NCBI GenBank assembly: GCA_964036045.1
Contig: OZ038378.1
Location: forward strand, 141,050,001 to 141,114,000
Source: Eutreptiella sp. 'Long Island Sound 2002'
Lineage: Eukaryota > Protista > Euglenida
Direction of reading: 5' to 3'
Length of the DNA: 64,000 nt
Within the stretch, counting starts at the first letter, position 1, and each line of letters starts with the position of its first letter. Positions 36,485-48,505 of this stretch are shown piece after piece. Below the pieces are notes generated by a model that searched no databases, had not been told where the DNA came from, and worked only from the letters and a program-made list of their open reading frames with translations. The translations under genes were made by a program, and so were the position numbers.

Positions 36485-39400
36485 GGGGCATATCACTTGT
36501 CTTCCCCGGATAGTACATATATGATCTCCATATATATATTGGCAATATATTTTGCGTGCATGCTAAAATCCGGGTTTCCGAAGGGAGGTCGATTTTCGAC
36601 CAAAGCACTTGCATGCGTGTTAAGGGACCAACGTTACTCTAGAATATAGGCACAGTTTGATTCTAGGCCACTAGGTTGGGTGTAGAAGGCGAGGGTAGGG
36701 TTGTGTGCCATATCTGGTGTCATATCACGTGCCCATTTGGCGGGTGCACCATTCCAAGACTAACCCGCCAATGGACCCCATATCGCACGAAGCCCTTCAT
36801 TGTACTCCCAACCAACACTCGCAAGCCTAACCTTCGTGAAGGGACGCTTGTGGAGCGCTCCCGAAGCGATGCGTTGCGAGCAAGGTGTGTTCTTTGCAAT
36901 ATTCCATGTTTGCATGTGCCCACTTGGGAGGCAGCGCGCGCGGCCTTCCAAAGCGCCCCAAGTGGAGCACATATGTGGAATCGAAGGTCATCGGTGTCGA
37001 GTCATTGTGTTTAGAAGGATTGGTCGATTACTCAATCCAAGCCGAAGATATTATAATATATTTGTGCAGTTTTCAGGGCACTTTTGCGTATTTTTCGCCA
37101 ATTTTGCTGTTTTTTGCCCGTCATGATGTCAAGTGGCGACCGTGTATCCCAACGTTGCGCTCAATTGACATCATGACTCAAGTATGTTCTGGTGGTACAC
37201 ACTTCGGTGCCCAACATATCTTGGACCCGGCGAACAACTCCCCTTGGGCTTGGCATACCGTGGCCGCCATGTTGGCGATTTGGGACGATCCCAATTCATG
37301 GGCTCACTTGGCGACCCTGCCATTCCCAAAACCGGAGGGGTTTGGGCGACGCCCAAAAGATATGTTGGACGCATATGACTTGATACCAATCCTATGGCAC
37401 ACTCCCAAGACAATGGTGGCCTGTGTGGAGTTGGGATTGCAGGTAGGGGACGGGAAGAAGTTGGCGGATGGAGGAGCGTGGGGGTGGATGGACCTAGGTG
37501 ATGAGGCGGGCCGGCCGGAAAAGACAGAACGGTACCACAAGCTGGGTTACTAGCTCAAAGAGAGAGTTGGGGTGAAGGTAGAGGCAAATAAACCTCACCG
37601 TCCACACCTATGTTTTTGCGAGGGGGAATGCGCTGTTGCCGAATTGGATCGCAACCCATTGGGTCCCGGGAAATCGCCCATGCTTCAGCACCGCCAGACA
37701 TACCGTCTGGCACTACCCGACCACCATACACCCGGAACCGGTGTCCCAAATCAAGAAGGCACTCTCCCTAGACCTCCCGGACACCCACAACGCAAACCAA
37801 CCGGGGGCCTTCACCGCGTACTGGAGTTTCCCGACGGCCGCAGGCATGGTGGCTCAGGTGGCAGAACCCACCTTGCAACCTCCATCACAGCACTCACCAA
37901 AGCGGTCCAGGCCATGGCACGCAGGGAAGGGGCCCCACTAGAGTGGACAGCCAACACCCTAGTGGAGCAACGAATCCACCACAACGCCAACAAGACACAG
38001 CAAACGGGGCGCCAAGTACACCCACCGCTGTGGGACAAAGACCGTAACCTCCAACCCCACAGCCCATGGATGGTGCACTTCGTCCTTGAGGACCACATCG
38101 CGAACCGGAAAGGCACGGAGGTACAGCTCACCCACAATCTGGCACACACGCACCTCCAGTACACTATCCCCACGTCCAATGCCCTCGTCACCTACAGCAC
38201 AACCCAGCAATCCACGCACGGACTACGCCCGGACACCGAGGGCACAGCTCACACGGTATATACCTGGGCGCAGTACAACGACCTACCCGGCCCCACATGG
38301 CACCCAAACCCCGCTTGGCACCAACCCCTTCACGGAAAACGCGTACCCCGACAAAGCGGGACCAAACCCGCGGGAAGCACCGCACAGGGTGACGGAACCG
38401 CACCCGCCAACATCGTGAACTCGGCCCTCGCGAATGCAAGAATGCCACTCATCGACAAGGGACACCCCATCCCGGACGCGCACACCGCAACCCACCTACA
38501 TCGCCTCATGCACAACCAGGAACCGGAGGTACGGGAAGTCTTCACACTAACACTACGAGAAGCCCAGCACCGCCGCAACACATGTCCCCAATACATCCTC
38601 CACCAACGGGGCCTCCCCACCACAGTGGGAACACGCATATGGAACCACCTACAGCTCCTGCTGCCACACCACAGGCATGTCATTCAAACGAACCACAAAT
38701 GCGAGGAGACAGGCCCCATAGCCGTCCTACACACCGATGTGGGCGGGGGACCCACAGGGGACACCACTACCCTCGATCAAGTGGGCACCACACTACACCT
38801 GGTGAGGGTGACGCCCAACCAAATGCGAGCCCTCTAGCGGGCGGGCACCCAGGACGTCCCCTTCCTGCAACACCCCGACTGGCCCAACAAATCGCTCCTA
38901 GAAAACCACCTGCGACAGGCGGCCGTCGCGGCCGATCGCCCACAACCCACCGATGGTGAAATCCGTGAAGCCTACAATCTGTTCTGGGGCACTCACAAGC
39001 AACCCCTACCACAAAGCCCCCCGACAGGAAACCAGGCCCACCACCGGCCACCGGAACAAGTGGCGTACGTTCCGGAAACCACGATACCGGCCGTCCTCCT
39101 ATTTGGCATCCAACGGCCTCAAAGTCACCCTATGACCCGGCAAAGCACAGGGCAACTTATGGATGCTACCCCCACCCACGGCACGCCAGTTCTGCCCACC
39201 GCCGTTACCGCAGGACCCGTTGACAGGCATACCCACCACATGCTGGCATTGCGGACCCCATGCGCTGGCCACACCGTGGCCCATCCTTCAACTGTTGGCG
39301 CGCCACCACCACACACCGACAGCCCATGCTACTCCGGAAAAGCAGCGGTGGCTACACACGCACTTTGAGCCGGCCCCAGCGAGTATGCTAGCCACGGTGA

Positions 39401-39841
39401 CTTGGCAGCCCAATACCCCGGCGGGGTGGCGTGTCCACTGAGGGGTGTTCCGCACCAAAGATCCCGCCCTCACCTACCCACGACTGGCGAAACACCGCAG
39501 CACGACGCCGGAGGCGCCTGCATATCCCACGAAACACCGTTGCTCACCCGAAGTCCCGGAAACACAAACCATTGAATGGACCACGTACCACCCTGAAACG
39601 GGCGTACCTACTCCAATACATACACGACTACCTCATACAAGGGCACGAAAGGAACCGCGAGTGTGTACAGACGAATGCGGCCGCGACGGAGATTGTCCAC
39701 CAAGGAATCGGGGTTTACGCCGTCCCCAGGATCAAGCCAGCCAGCACAACGCCCTGGGCCACCACGGAGAGGGGAGCGCACGTCAACGCATATCAACCAA
39801 CGTCCCCGTGCCGCATGCCCCAGCCAGACAACCAGAACACC

Positions 39842-40290
39842 GTCATATTTGCCGACGCCTCCGGCACGACGGGCCTCACACCGGCAGCCGCAGGGGCGGC
39901 TCTTGCACTACGGCCAGAAGAAACGGGCCAGCTGCGGCAACACCACCTGACGGGGACCACCATTTTCGGGGCCTCATCGCACGGTGAATTGAAGACACTA
40001 GCAATGATTGTGGACGCCGTTACCGCCATCTCCAAGTTACCACAAAGTCAGCCGCACCACGTATGGGTCGTAGTTGACGCAGCCGTGGACTTCCAGATCG
40101 TACGGCGCCGCGCCAAACAACCACTGCACAAGGCGGCAGACTCCAGCCTAGGCACACAAGCACTACACATGTGGGTGGCATTGCGGAACCTGCCAAAGCA
40201 CTTTGTCTTACACTTAATAAAACAAGAGTCCCATCGCTACAACTTAGGCAACGGACACATCGACCTACATGCACACAACCAACTCGCGGA
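39842..40290 (+). pseudogene. RNase H domain of the non-LTR element
   Basis: Catalytic pattern IFADAS (D), SSHGELKTL (E), VWVVVDAAV (D), LHLIKQESHRYNLGNGHID (equivalent of WVK.H....GNE.AD). Confidence 0.85.
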
Positions 40291-40677
40291 GCACGTACCA
40301 ATCCCGGACGAGCCCCCGCTACACGACCACATGCACACCCACCTCCACCACCTACCCCCCATCCCGCATCCCGGGGAGCCGCCACCCTGGGTGCCTGATG
40401 ACGTGATCTACAATGACACGGGGCGGGCATACCACTACCCACAGCCTCTCAGAACTATGGTGCACACCGGTGCAGCCACGCCGACACCACCCTCATGACC
40501 CGCCTCCAACAGGAATTGCAAACGACGCTGTACTACTCGGCCCTGGACCCATCCCTACTGCCAGTACACCTGCAAAAACGGTGGGCTCGGCTCCTGCTCA
40601 AGCAGCTACCCCTACTCGACAGGGTGGCAAGATGGTACAGCAGGAAGGGTGTTGACATACCGCCCGAATACACCATA

Positions 40678-40731
40678 TGCCCATGCGACCTGCACACACC
40701 GGAGACGTGGGACCACTTCACGAAATGCCCA
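40678..40731 (+). other. CCHC-type zinc knuckle of the retrotransposon ORF
   Basis: CPCDLHTPETWDHFTKCP fits the C..C....ET..H....CP motif typical of non-LTR ORF2 C-termini. Confidence 0.8.
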
Positions 40732-43518
40732 CTGGCCCAGGACGGAGTACACCTGGCCACATGGAAACCCGAGGACACGATCGCACAACACGCCGGATGG
40801 GGCCCGACAACCCCGCCAGCCAAAGAGGTACGCCGCCTGATGCAGAGACCGGAGATCAAGGAACCCGTATTACGGGGGGCGGTGCCACTGGAGATCTACC
40901 GACTTCTCGCTGACAATGCATGCGACACCAAGGCCACAGTGAGCCACATGCAACTCACAGCCATCAAGCGTGCGGACGCACAGCTGCAACATCATACCCA
41001 ACTATACACACAGGCAGCGCAGCACGCCACGGACGACCAACGAACCTACTACAACCTGATCATACGCTACAAATAGTCGGCAGGGGTCTAGGGACTTTTT
41101 TGGGCGGATCTATGGGTTGTGTTTGAGCCCCCATATTTACGTTTCACTAGGGAGGTGGGACCAAGCATTGGGATATGATTTGGGACTGAGTGTCTATTCC
41201 CTTGAGGCGCCCTTACCCCAGACAGTGGCCTAACCCACCTATTGTGTACATACCCTGATGTGTTGTTGTACATACCTTCGTTTTGTTGCATAATGGCACA
41301 GATACTAGAACGCCTTCTTCTACGAGGTTGCCCTCAGGCGCAGTGGTTTGCCTGCCTGCCTGCCTGCTTGCGTGTTCGCCCCAGCGTGCCCCGTGGACCA
41401 AGCCCCCCACGGTAACGCGTCAAAAGCGTTCTACCGCCGCTGAGGTGCCCAATACCGGCGAGCCACTTGGAGCCAAAAATAACTTCGAGAACAACAAGCA
41501 GTACCAAGGACTCCGAGAGCAAGAAAAAGTACCAAGAACCCCGAGAACGACAAGGAGTGCCGCGAACTCCGAGAAGGACAAGAAGTACGCGACAACCGCC
41601 TCCGCAACCACAGCCCCCATGACCCGCCCCACCACGCTGGCGGCCGGGCAACCAAACCGGCTGGTCCCCACTGTGGGGGGCAATCACACGCTGGTGGCCG
41701 GCCTCAAGGAGGGCCGGGAGTTTCACCACTCCCGGTGTGAGGACGGCGTGACAGCCCCTCAGCGGGTGGCGATCCGCGATGAGGTTCCTATCTATCGCGC
41801 GAGCGAAGGCCAACTCCAAGCCATCGGGTATGAGTACCAATGGCAGCGCCAGAGGTGTAGAATCCGAGGAATTTGTGTACAATTGTTTGTTGTTCAGGTT
41901 GCACGGAAGAGGCCGCGGCAAGAGCTGCGCACGGTTGGCGCTACCAGAAAGCGCGCAAAGGTAGGCCCTTCCAGTCGAGTGCAGGGCATGGGTAAGAGAC
42001 GCAAGGACACACTGATAAGAGTCAGCAGCAGATTCAAATCGCTGCTGCAGTGGCGTAGTGCAAGGATCCATTTCTACACGCAAACTCATGATTGCACACA
42101 CCCAGCTGGTCAGCATAGAGTCATCAGGGGGACATTAGCGAGGACATTTCGGACTGCAACTTGTTATTTTGTCTTTGAACAATAACATTAGCCCCCTTCC
42201 CATCAGTACGGGATTTCATAGCCACCCCCTCTTGATTAGTGTGCAGAAGGTAAGAATCGAGCCTACTAGTAGCTAAGGGGAAGGGGAAGGGGAAGACGGA
42301 TGGTTGGCTTCCGCACCCTCTCATCCACCTCAAACGCAGGGTTTGCACCACGACCCGGATACCAAGCCCCCTGTGCACTCCGTTTGGTGCACAAGGGCGT
42401 AGGAGCGTGAGTGGTTTGGTGTCACCACTCACCACATTGTGTCGGGGCAAGGGGCAAGTCTTTTTCGTTTTGGGGCAACGCCTCCCCTGCCCTTCCTCCC
42501 CGTGCTATTCCTCATAATCCCAACCCACATTGAGGGTCCTACTGGTACCCGCACCCTTCTGGGCGTGGGCGGTCACCGAGTCCAACACCACCTTGACGTC
42601 TTGCTGATGGAGCTGGATCAAAATCCAGCATCCCCGAGATTTACCTCAAGTATCGCAAAGATGTAGTTGCTGAGAATTAGGGGGTCCTTCTGTTGAAGGG
42701 GGAACGATGGATGATGGGTCCAAAGTCGATACCCGTGTTGGGCACCTCACCTGTGAGTCGTCCATCGTAAACCCCTCCGGTCCGCCAAGGCGACGAATCG
42801 CAAGGTGCTATTGGTGCAAAGGCCATGGTAAACACTTTCAGGTTCAAGACCAAGAGGGGAAACATGAAGAAAAAAAAACCAAAAAAAGCAAGGTAACCTC
42901 CGCGAGAACCCGCACGACTATTCGTTTTTTTCGTTAACTACCGCGATAACCCCGGCGATAACTAGTTTATGTTGCGATAACCCCCGCGTTCACCAGGTTG
43001 TGTTGCGATAACCCCTGCGTTAACTACTGCATTAACCGTGATCTAACCAGGTAGAGCACAAAAACACCAAATCGCAAAAATTGCAAAACGAGCAATATTG
43101 AGCAAATGACACATGCATAGCACATTGTTAATTCACGGTGCAACCATGTAACGCGTGAAAATTCCGGTTCCCACCATACTAAGAGCACCCAAAATTGGGG
43201 GGGGGGGGGTTGAAAGGGATGGGTAGCAAGGCGATGCAGTTCAATGGTGTTACTATAACAGTGGAGATCGACAACGGCTGGCACGTCCCCTTGCACCACA
43301 TTCATTGTCTTGAAGTACACTGTGGCGGCAAGCAACTTTGTGGTCGCCAATTAGCTCTTGAGGTTGCCGTGGCATCTAGCATTCACAATGCCCAGGAAAG
43401 AACACTTATGCACCTTACCACGCACTAGGATGCTCACTAGCGCAACGCCATGTGGCCGCATGATGGCGTTCGCGCTCTTCACAAGCGCAAAGCATTCGGT
43501 TGGTAAAGCAGGAGGGTG

Positions 43519-43860
43519 ATGAAATGCTCTGCATGTTGCGGCACCGTATAGCATGCCACGGGGAGATGGATGTCAAGTTGCGGTGGAATGACCTACCGTG
43601 CGCCCTATGCGTCCATGCTGCCTGAGAACGTCCCCGTGCACCCTCCAAGGAAAAGTCTGGTGTATGTTGTCGAGTGGTTGAGCAGTGGCGTGATGTACGT
43701 GGGATTCACATACAACATGCGCTACGCCTCCATGTGCACAACAACGGTGGATGTGCACGCGATAGCGGTACATTGGATTGACATTATGTGCTTGTCCTTA
43801 CGGGTTTCCAACCAGGGTGGACCGGGCTGCACCAAGCAAAGAAGTTTGAGAGGGCGTGTC
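43519..43860 (+). mobile_element. Degenerate GIY-YIG endonuclease remnant, Penelope-like type
   Basis: KCSACCGTV*H....SSCGGMTY...KSLVYVVEWLSSGVMYVGFTYNMR, then a frameshift to RLHVH...KKFER. Matches the Cys-rich linker plus VY.I.C..C...YVG.T...R..H...E layout of PLE endonucleases. Confidence 0.65.
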
Positions 43861-45811
43861 CAGCATTCACGCGGTCCACGTCATGTCTTGAACAATATGG
43901 GGTTGCTGTTACGACCCCTCATCGATGTCTTGTGGGTGCGGATGGATTGGAATGTATACACGGTCGTCTTCAATGTGCCACCACGACACACAGCTGCTAT
44001 CTAGCTTGAGCAGTCTCTGGCGCGGGCAACAACTGTACATTGCCCTTTAGTTAGTTGGTTGTGACCTCAAAGGTGACAACTTATTCTCCCATGGGTGGAC
44101 ATTGCGTTCCGCTAGTTGGCTGCGAGCTTGATTGCCGATTTTGCCTCTAACACTATCATTTCATGCTTGTTAATTTGGCAATGGGTAGAAGGATGGGTGG
44201 TGGCCTAGTGGTTTTTCTCTGCAATTTGGTGCATGAATTGCGCCTACTGGCTTGGGTGGCGGCAACTACTTCTCCGGCCCCGCCGCTCCCTCGTGAAGGT
44301 GGTATATTGTTAGCTCTATGGGTGGGCTTTTCTTTGTGCCAACGGATGCATTGTAGCTATGGGTTTAGGTGAAGGCAAGAATTAGGGTCATGCGTTGGGG
44401 TTGCGGTTACTTGCGATTGCTTCTAAAGTGCATGTTTGTAACCAGCATAGTGCCAACGTTTTGCCCATTGCCCCTTGTGGGCACCTTGTGTGACGTTTCC
44501 CTACTTTCTTCTTACCATCGGAAACCGGAGGGCTGCAAGACGGGTCCGTGTTGATCTGTAACTAGATATCTGTACCACAAGCCGACTCTCTGCTTGCCAC
44601 TAACGATGGTCCTTTGAATACAACTTTTGGCCTTGTTGCCTATGACCATATAAATTGATACGTTCCACTTGCAACATGTAAACGTTAGCAAGGTGGCCAG
44701 CTTTTTCTTTGTGCCATTGCCCTAGGCACACACTAGAAGACCCAATCTTATTCTAGCCCAGAACGACATCGTGTGGGAGTTCCAGGGTATATTAGATCAA
44801 CAGTAGAACAATATAATTTGGACCTAAAAATGCCATTTCGTTTTTAACCCCGCAGTGCATGCTTTCTGTTGCCTATGGTGCATTGTTCCATGTCACTGGA
44901 CCCCCCTGTCAGGCTTAGATTTTGGATATTTCATTGTGCTCAACCGGGGAGGACCCCTCCCTATTGTATAAGGCACTATAGGACTTGAGTGGGGACTTGA
45001 GTTGTCCGGTATTCACTTTCCTGCTTCTAGCCACCATGCAGCGGTGCTCCGCACTCATCCTTGGCCACACACCAGAAGAGGTGGTTCATGTAGCATCCCT
45101 CTGGTTCAGTCGAGGGCACTGCCCTTGGTACCCACGGCTTTGACCAACGTCTTGACCACCGAGACGTTAGGCGTTTGGATACTGGTGTGCTTATTCGTCC
45201 TATGGCACTGATGAGCTGTCATTTTGGCTGGTATCCAAAATACCAAAGGAGGTATAGGAGAAATGCAAATCCACCTCTGAGGGAAAATCCAGGACACTAA
45301 CTTATGAGGACCTGTGTGTGTCACTGCTGGAACTCGCCTTTCGGAACGACCACATAGGCGATAGGATCTGGTGCGAAGGGTAGATACAGTAGCACCTTGG
45401 TCGCATGGCGGGACACGGCGTAACACAGATCCGTGTACAATGGCGACCCCCGGCGCAACTGGACCAACCGGGTGACCGAGATAAAGTGTGCCGCGACCCC
45501 ATCGCGTTGCAATAAGGCCACCTCATCCACCGCGTCACTCCCGAGAACGAAGCCGACCGGGCACCAAGTACACAGGGGAAGTCCGACCGGAATGGGAGGA
45601 GGGCCTCCCCCCGCAGCGCCCACCCAAGCGCCTAGCCCCCAAGAAAAAACTCCCCCGACCGCAGCTCCCACCTTGACGGGACAAGGGCCGGGGACAACGG
45701 CCAGTGCGCCCTCGGCCTGCATCCACGGAAGCCAACATCAAGCTCCTAGACCTCAACAACCGAGCCATCACATACTGAAAGGACGCCGTCGCCGCTCTCC
45801 AGGAGCTACCC

Positions 45812-48505
45812 ATGACACATGGTGACAACTGGGTCCCACACCTCCTCACGTTCCGGGAACAGGCGCTCCAACATGAGCACCCTCCAAAACCCCGCCCCGT
45901 ATATAGCCCAGATCAAAATGCATACAGATGCTACAGGCATAATGGGACCCCCTTATATGCCCGATCAAGCATACACGTCCACCTCGTCGAGCACCCCAGC
46001 ATGCCGGGGAGGCTAGGCGCCTACGAAGTCGTCGGGGACGGATGGCAACTACATGTCATCAAAACCAACGTCCCGTTCGGTGAGGCGACGGACCCTTTCC
46101 TCCAAGCCTTGGCCGAAGCATACCAGCCGGTAGCCATGCTCGCCCCCACTAGCATCATCGGCGACATCACCGGCGCCCCCACGCCTGATGACCGCGGGGC
46201 CAGGCTACACCCCAAGACCACACTGTCAGGGAGACGATGGACATGCTGGGACTCGTGGACCTGATGGCCAACCTAGAGGGCCAATCTCCCACTTCTCCCA
46301 CCAAACGGAGGCCGCCCCCTCGCGCACAGACTTGTGCTACAGCGACCCCATCAGCATCATCTAGGCGGAGGCCAAATATGGTGCACTCCCACTAAGACCC
46401 GCAGGCCACCGGCCCCTACACACCTGCCTCACCATCCCTAACCTGCCCCCCCACCCCGTCAGCAGGTGGGGACCAAGGCGTAGCGCCCCCCTTGAAAATG
46501 CCCCCGCTGCACGACAAACAAGCTTGGTCCCAATACCACAGGGCCATAGACCGTGCCCAACGCGTGCAACACTACCCCACAAACCTGATCACAGCCATGC
46601 GCACGGCTTCTGTCACATGTGGCTTCCAACACAAGCCGGAGAACATGGACGACGTAGCACCCACGGCTCTGAGCGACTCGCTTAACGCCCTCTCACACGA
46701 AAAGCAATACGTGGTTACGCTCCCGCACACAGACACCCCAGACACCCGCCACCACATAGAGGACTGTAGAAAGAAGATAGCAGACATCCGAGCACACATA
46801 CAATAGTGGCAAATGCACAGACAGCAAGAGATGGCCGTGGAAGATTAGCGATACACACACCACGAGCTCCTATACAAGGCCATACAACCCATGAGCGACA
46901 CTGGCCACCGCACCATCACCACAGTGCAGCAAGCCGATGGCTCCCTCACTAGCGAACCTACTGCCATATTCCAAGCCACCCAAGACAGCTTCCTCCGTCA
47001 ACACACTCCAACCCAGGAAGCGCTAGACCCAATCAGCCAGGTCAAAGTCACCCGCCCCCTCCGGATCCTCAACCACGCCCAACCCAAGAAGATGGAGAAG
47101 CACCCATTCGCAATCCAAGAAGTGCCAAAAGCCATGAGAAACCTCCGACAACACAAAACCCAAGGCCAGGACAGCCTGCCAGCGAAGGCGTACTGCCACC
47201 TCCCCGCCCACCTCCTCCGCCTCCTGGCCCAGCGACTGTGCAGCATCATCACCGGATCATATGTACTATCCTCGCACGTCCCATACACCCCCACCTCGAC
47301 CTCCACATACCTGCCAGCCCCTAGGGCGCCACCCCAAGCAGATCTCCACATGAGTCCATCTTCCTCCAACACACCGCCACCGACATGGACCCCATCGACC
47401 TCATCATCGCCTCCCTACATGTCAAAGAAGCCTTTCCCAACACCCCCTGGCTCCTCCTCAAGGCGGTGTGGAACCAACTGGGCCATCCCTTCTACAAATT
47501 CATCACCACGTACATCCGCACCCGTAGATCCGAACTCCGCACATGAGCAGGCCTCACCCGCTTCCTGGACCCGGGCGGCCGAGTCCCCCAGGGTGGGGGA
47601 AACGGACCCTTCCTCTGGATCTTGGTGACACACCCCCTGGCGCTCGCGATCGAACACGATTACCTAGCGTTCGCACCCTAACCGCTCCTCTCCCCCTTGG
47701 TGGACTTCGCGGACGACACCAACCTCACGGTCGCACACGCCCCACACGAACCCCACGCACCAAGAGCGCCACCCACCATCAACCAACATACAGACGATTT
47801 GTTGACAGTGAACGTCATGTACCTCGCCCAGAATAACCTCATTGTCCACCCCAGGAAGTCAGACGCCCTGATCAAAGGAGCAGCTACAGCCCCCACCCTA
47901 GGCCCCCAAGGCCCCCCCCATGAACGTGGCGACGGCCACCACCCACCTAGGGGTGGTCCACACCACAGACCACAACAACATCACCCCCACCGCCACCCCC
48001 AAGTTACAATCAAATCTGGCCCACCCCCCCCGGTACGCATGCCCGCCAACAAGATCACTCGCGTTGTCCCCGTAAAGTGTGGCATGTTACCTCACAAGCG
48101 TGCTTAACGCCTCCATAGGCTTCCAAGCACTCCACCTGACACACCCAAATACCGCCCTCCAGCCAACCACACGCGCGTTCACCAAGGCTCGGCGGCACAC
48201 GGGGGGTGGCCCACCTCCATACCCAGCCTCGCCATCCGGGCAGCATGGCCCCACTATAGGGACGCCATAGGAGACGAGGTGAAGGCAGCATGCACAAGAC
48301 ACACCGCCCTCCTCCTTCACCGCATGACGCATAACCACTCCCCGAAGATCCGCGAACTCGCAACCATCGGACTCCGGACCAAACAAGTCCGCAATACATG
48401 CCCGCGCTGGATACTCCACCGAACGGGCATGCCTACAGATACCGGTATCCGCATCTGGAATCACCTACAACGCCTATTCCCCACGCCACACCCCGCCATC
48501 CTCAC
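45812..48505 (+). mobile_element. Degenerate non-LTR retrotransposon ORF2: AP endonuclease followed by reverse transcriptase
   Basis: APE motifs LHVIKTNVP, SIIGDITGAP (GD.N), SRTDLCY (RID), AGHRPL (SDH). RT motifs QGQDSLPAKAY, ASLHVKEAFP, VPQGG, LVDFADD, NNLIVHPRKS, TTHLG. Confidence 0.9.

Larger units (their letters stand above)
37680..41076 (+). mobile_element. 5'-truncated non-LTR retrotransposon (post-RT region, RNase H, C-terminal zinc knuckle), with stops/frameshifts
   Basis: HTATHLHRLMHNQEPEVRE...RNTCP..ILH..GLPT..GTRIWNHLQ is homologous to the region after RT in the 46-48 kb element. RNase H and CxC...H...C motifs lie downstream. The final ORF stops at 41076. Confidence 0.85.

Noticed and set aside
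41283-42185. Antiparallel 300-aa and 260-aa ORFs after the retroelement
   Set aside because: Low-complexity and microsatellite-containing, with no recognisable domain on either strand.
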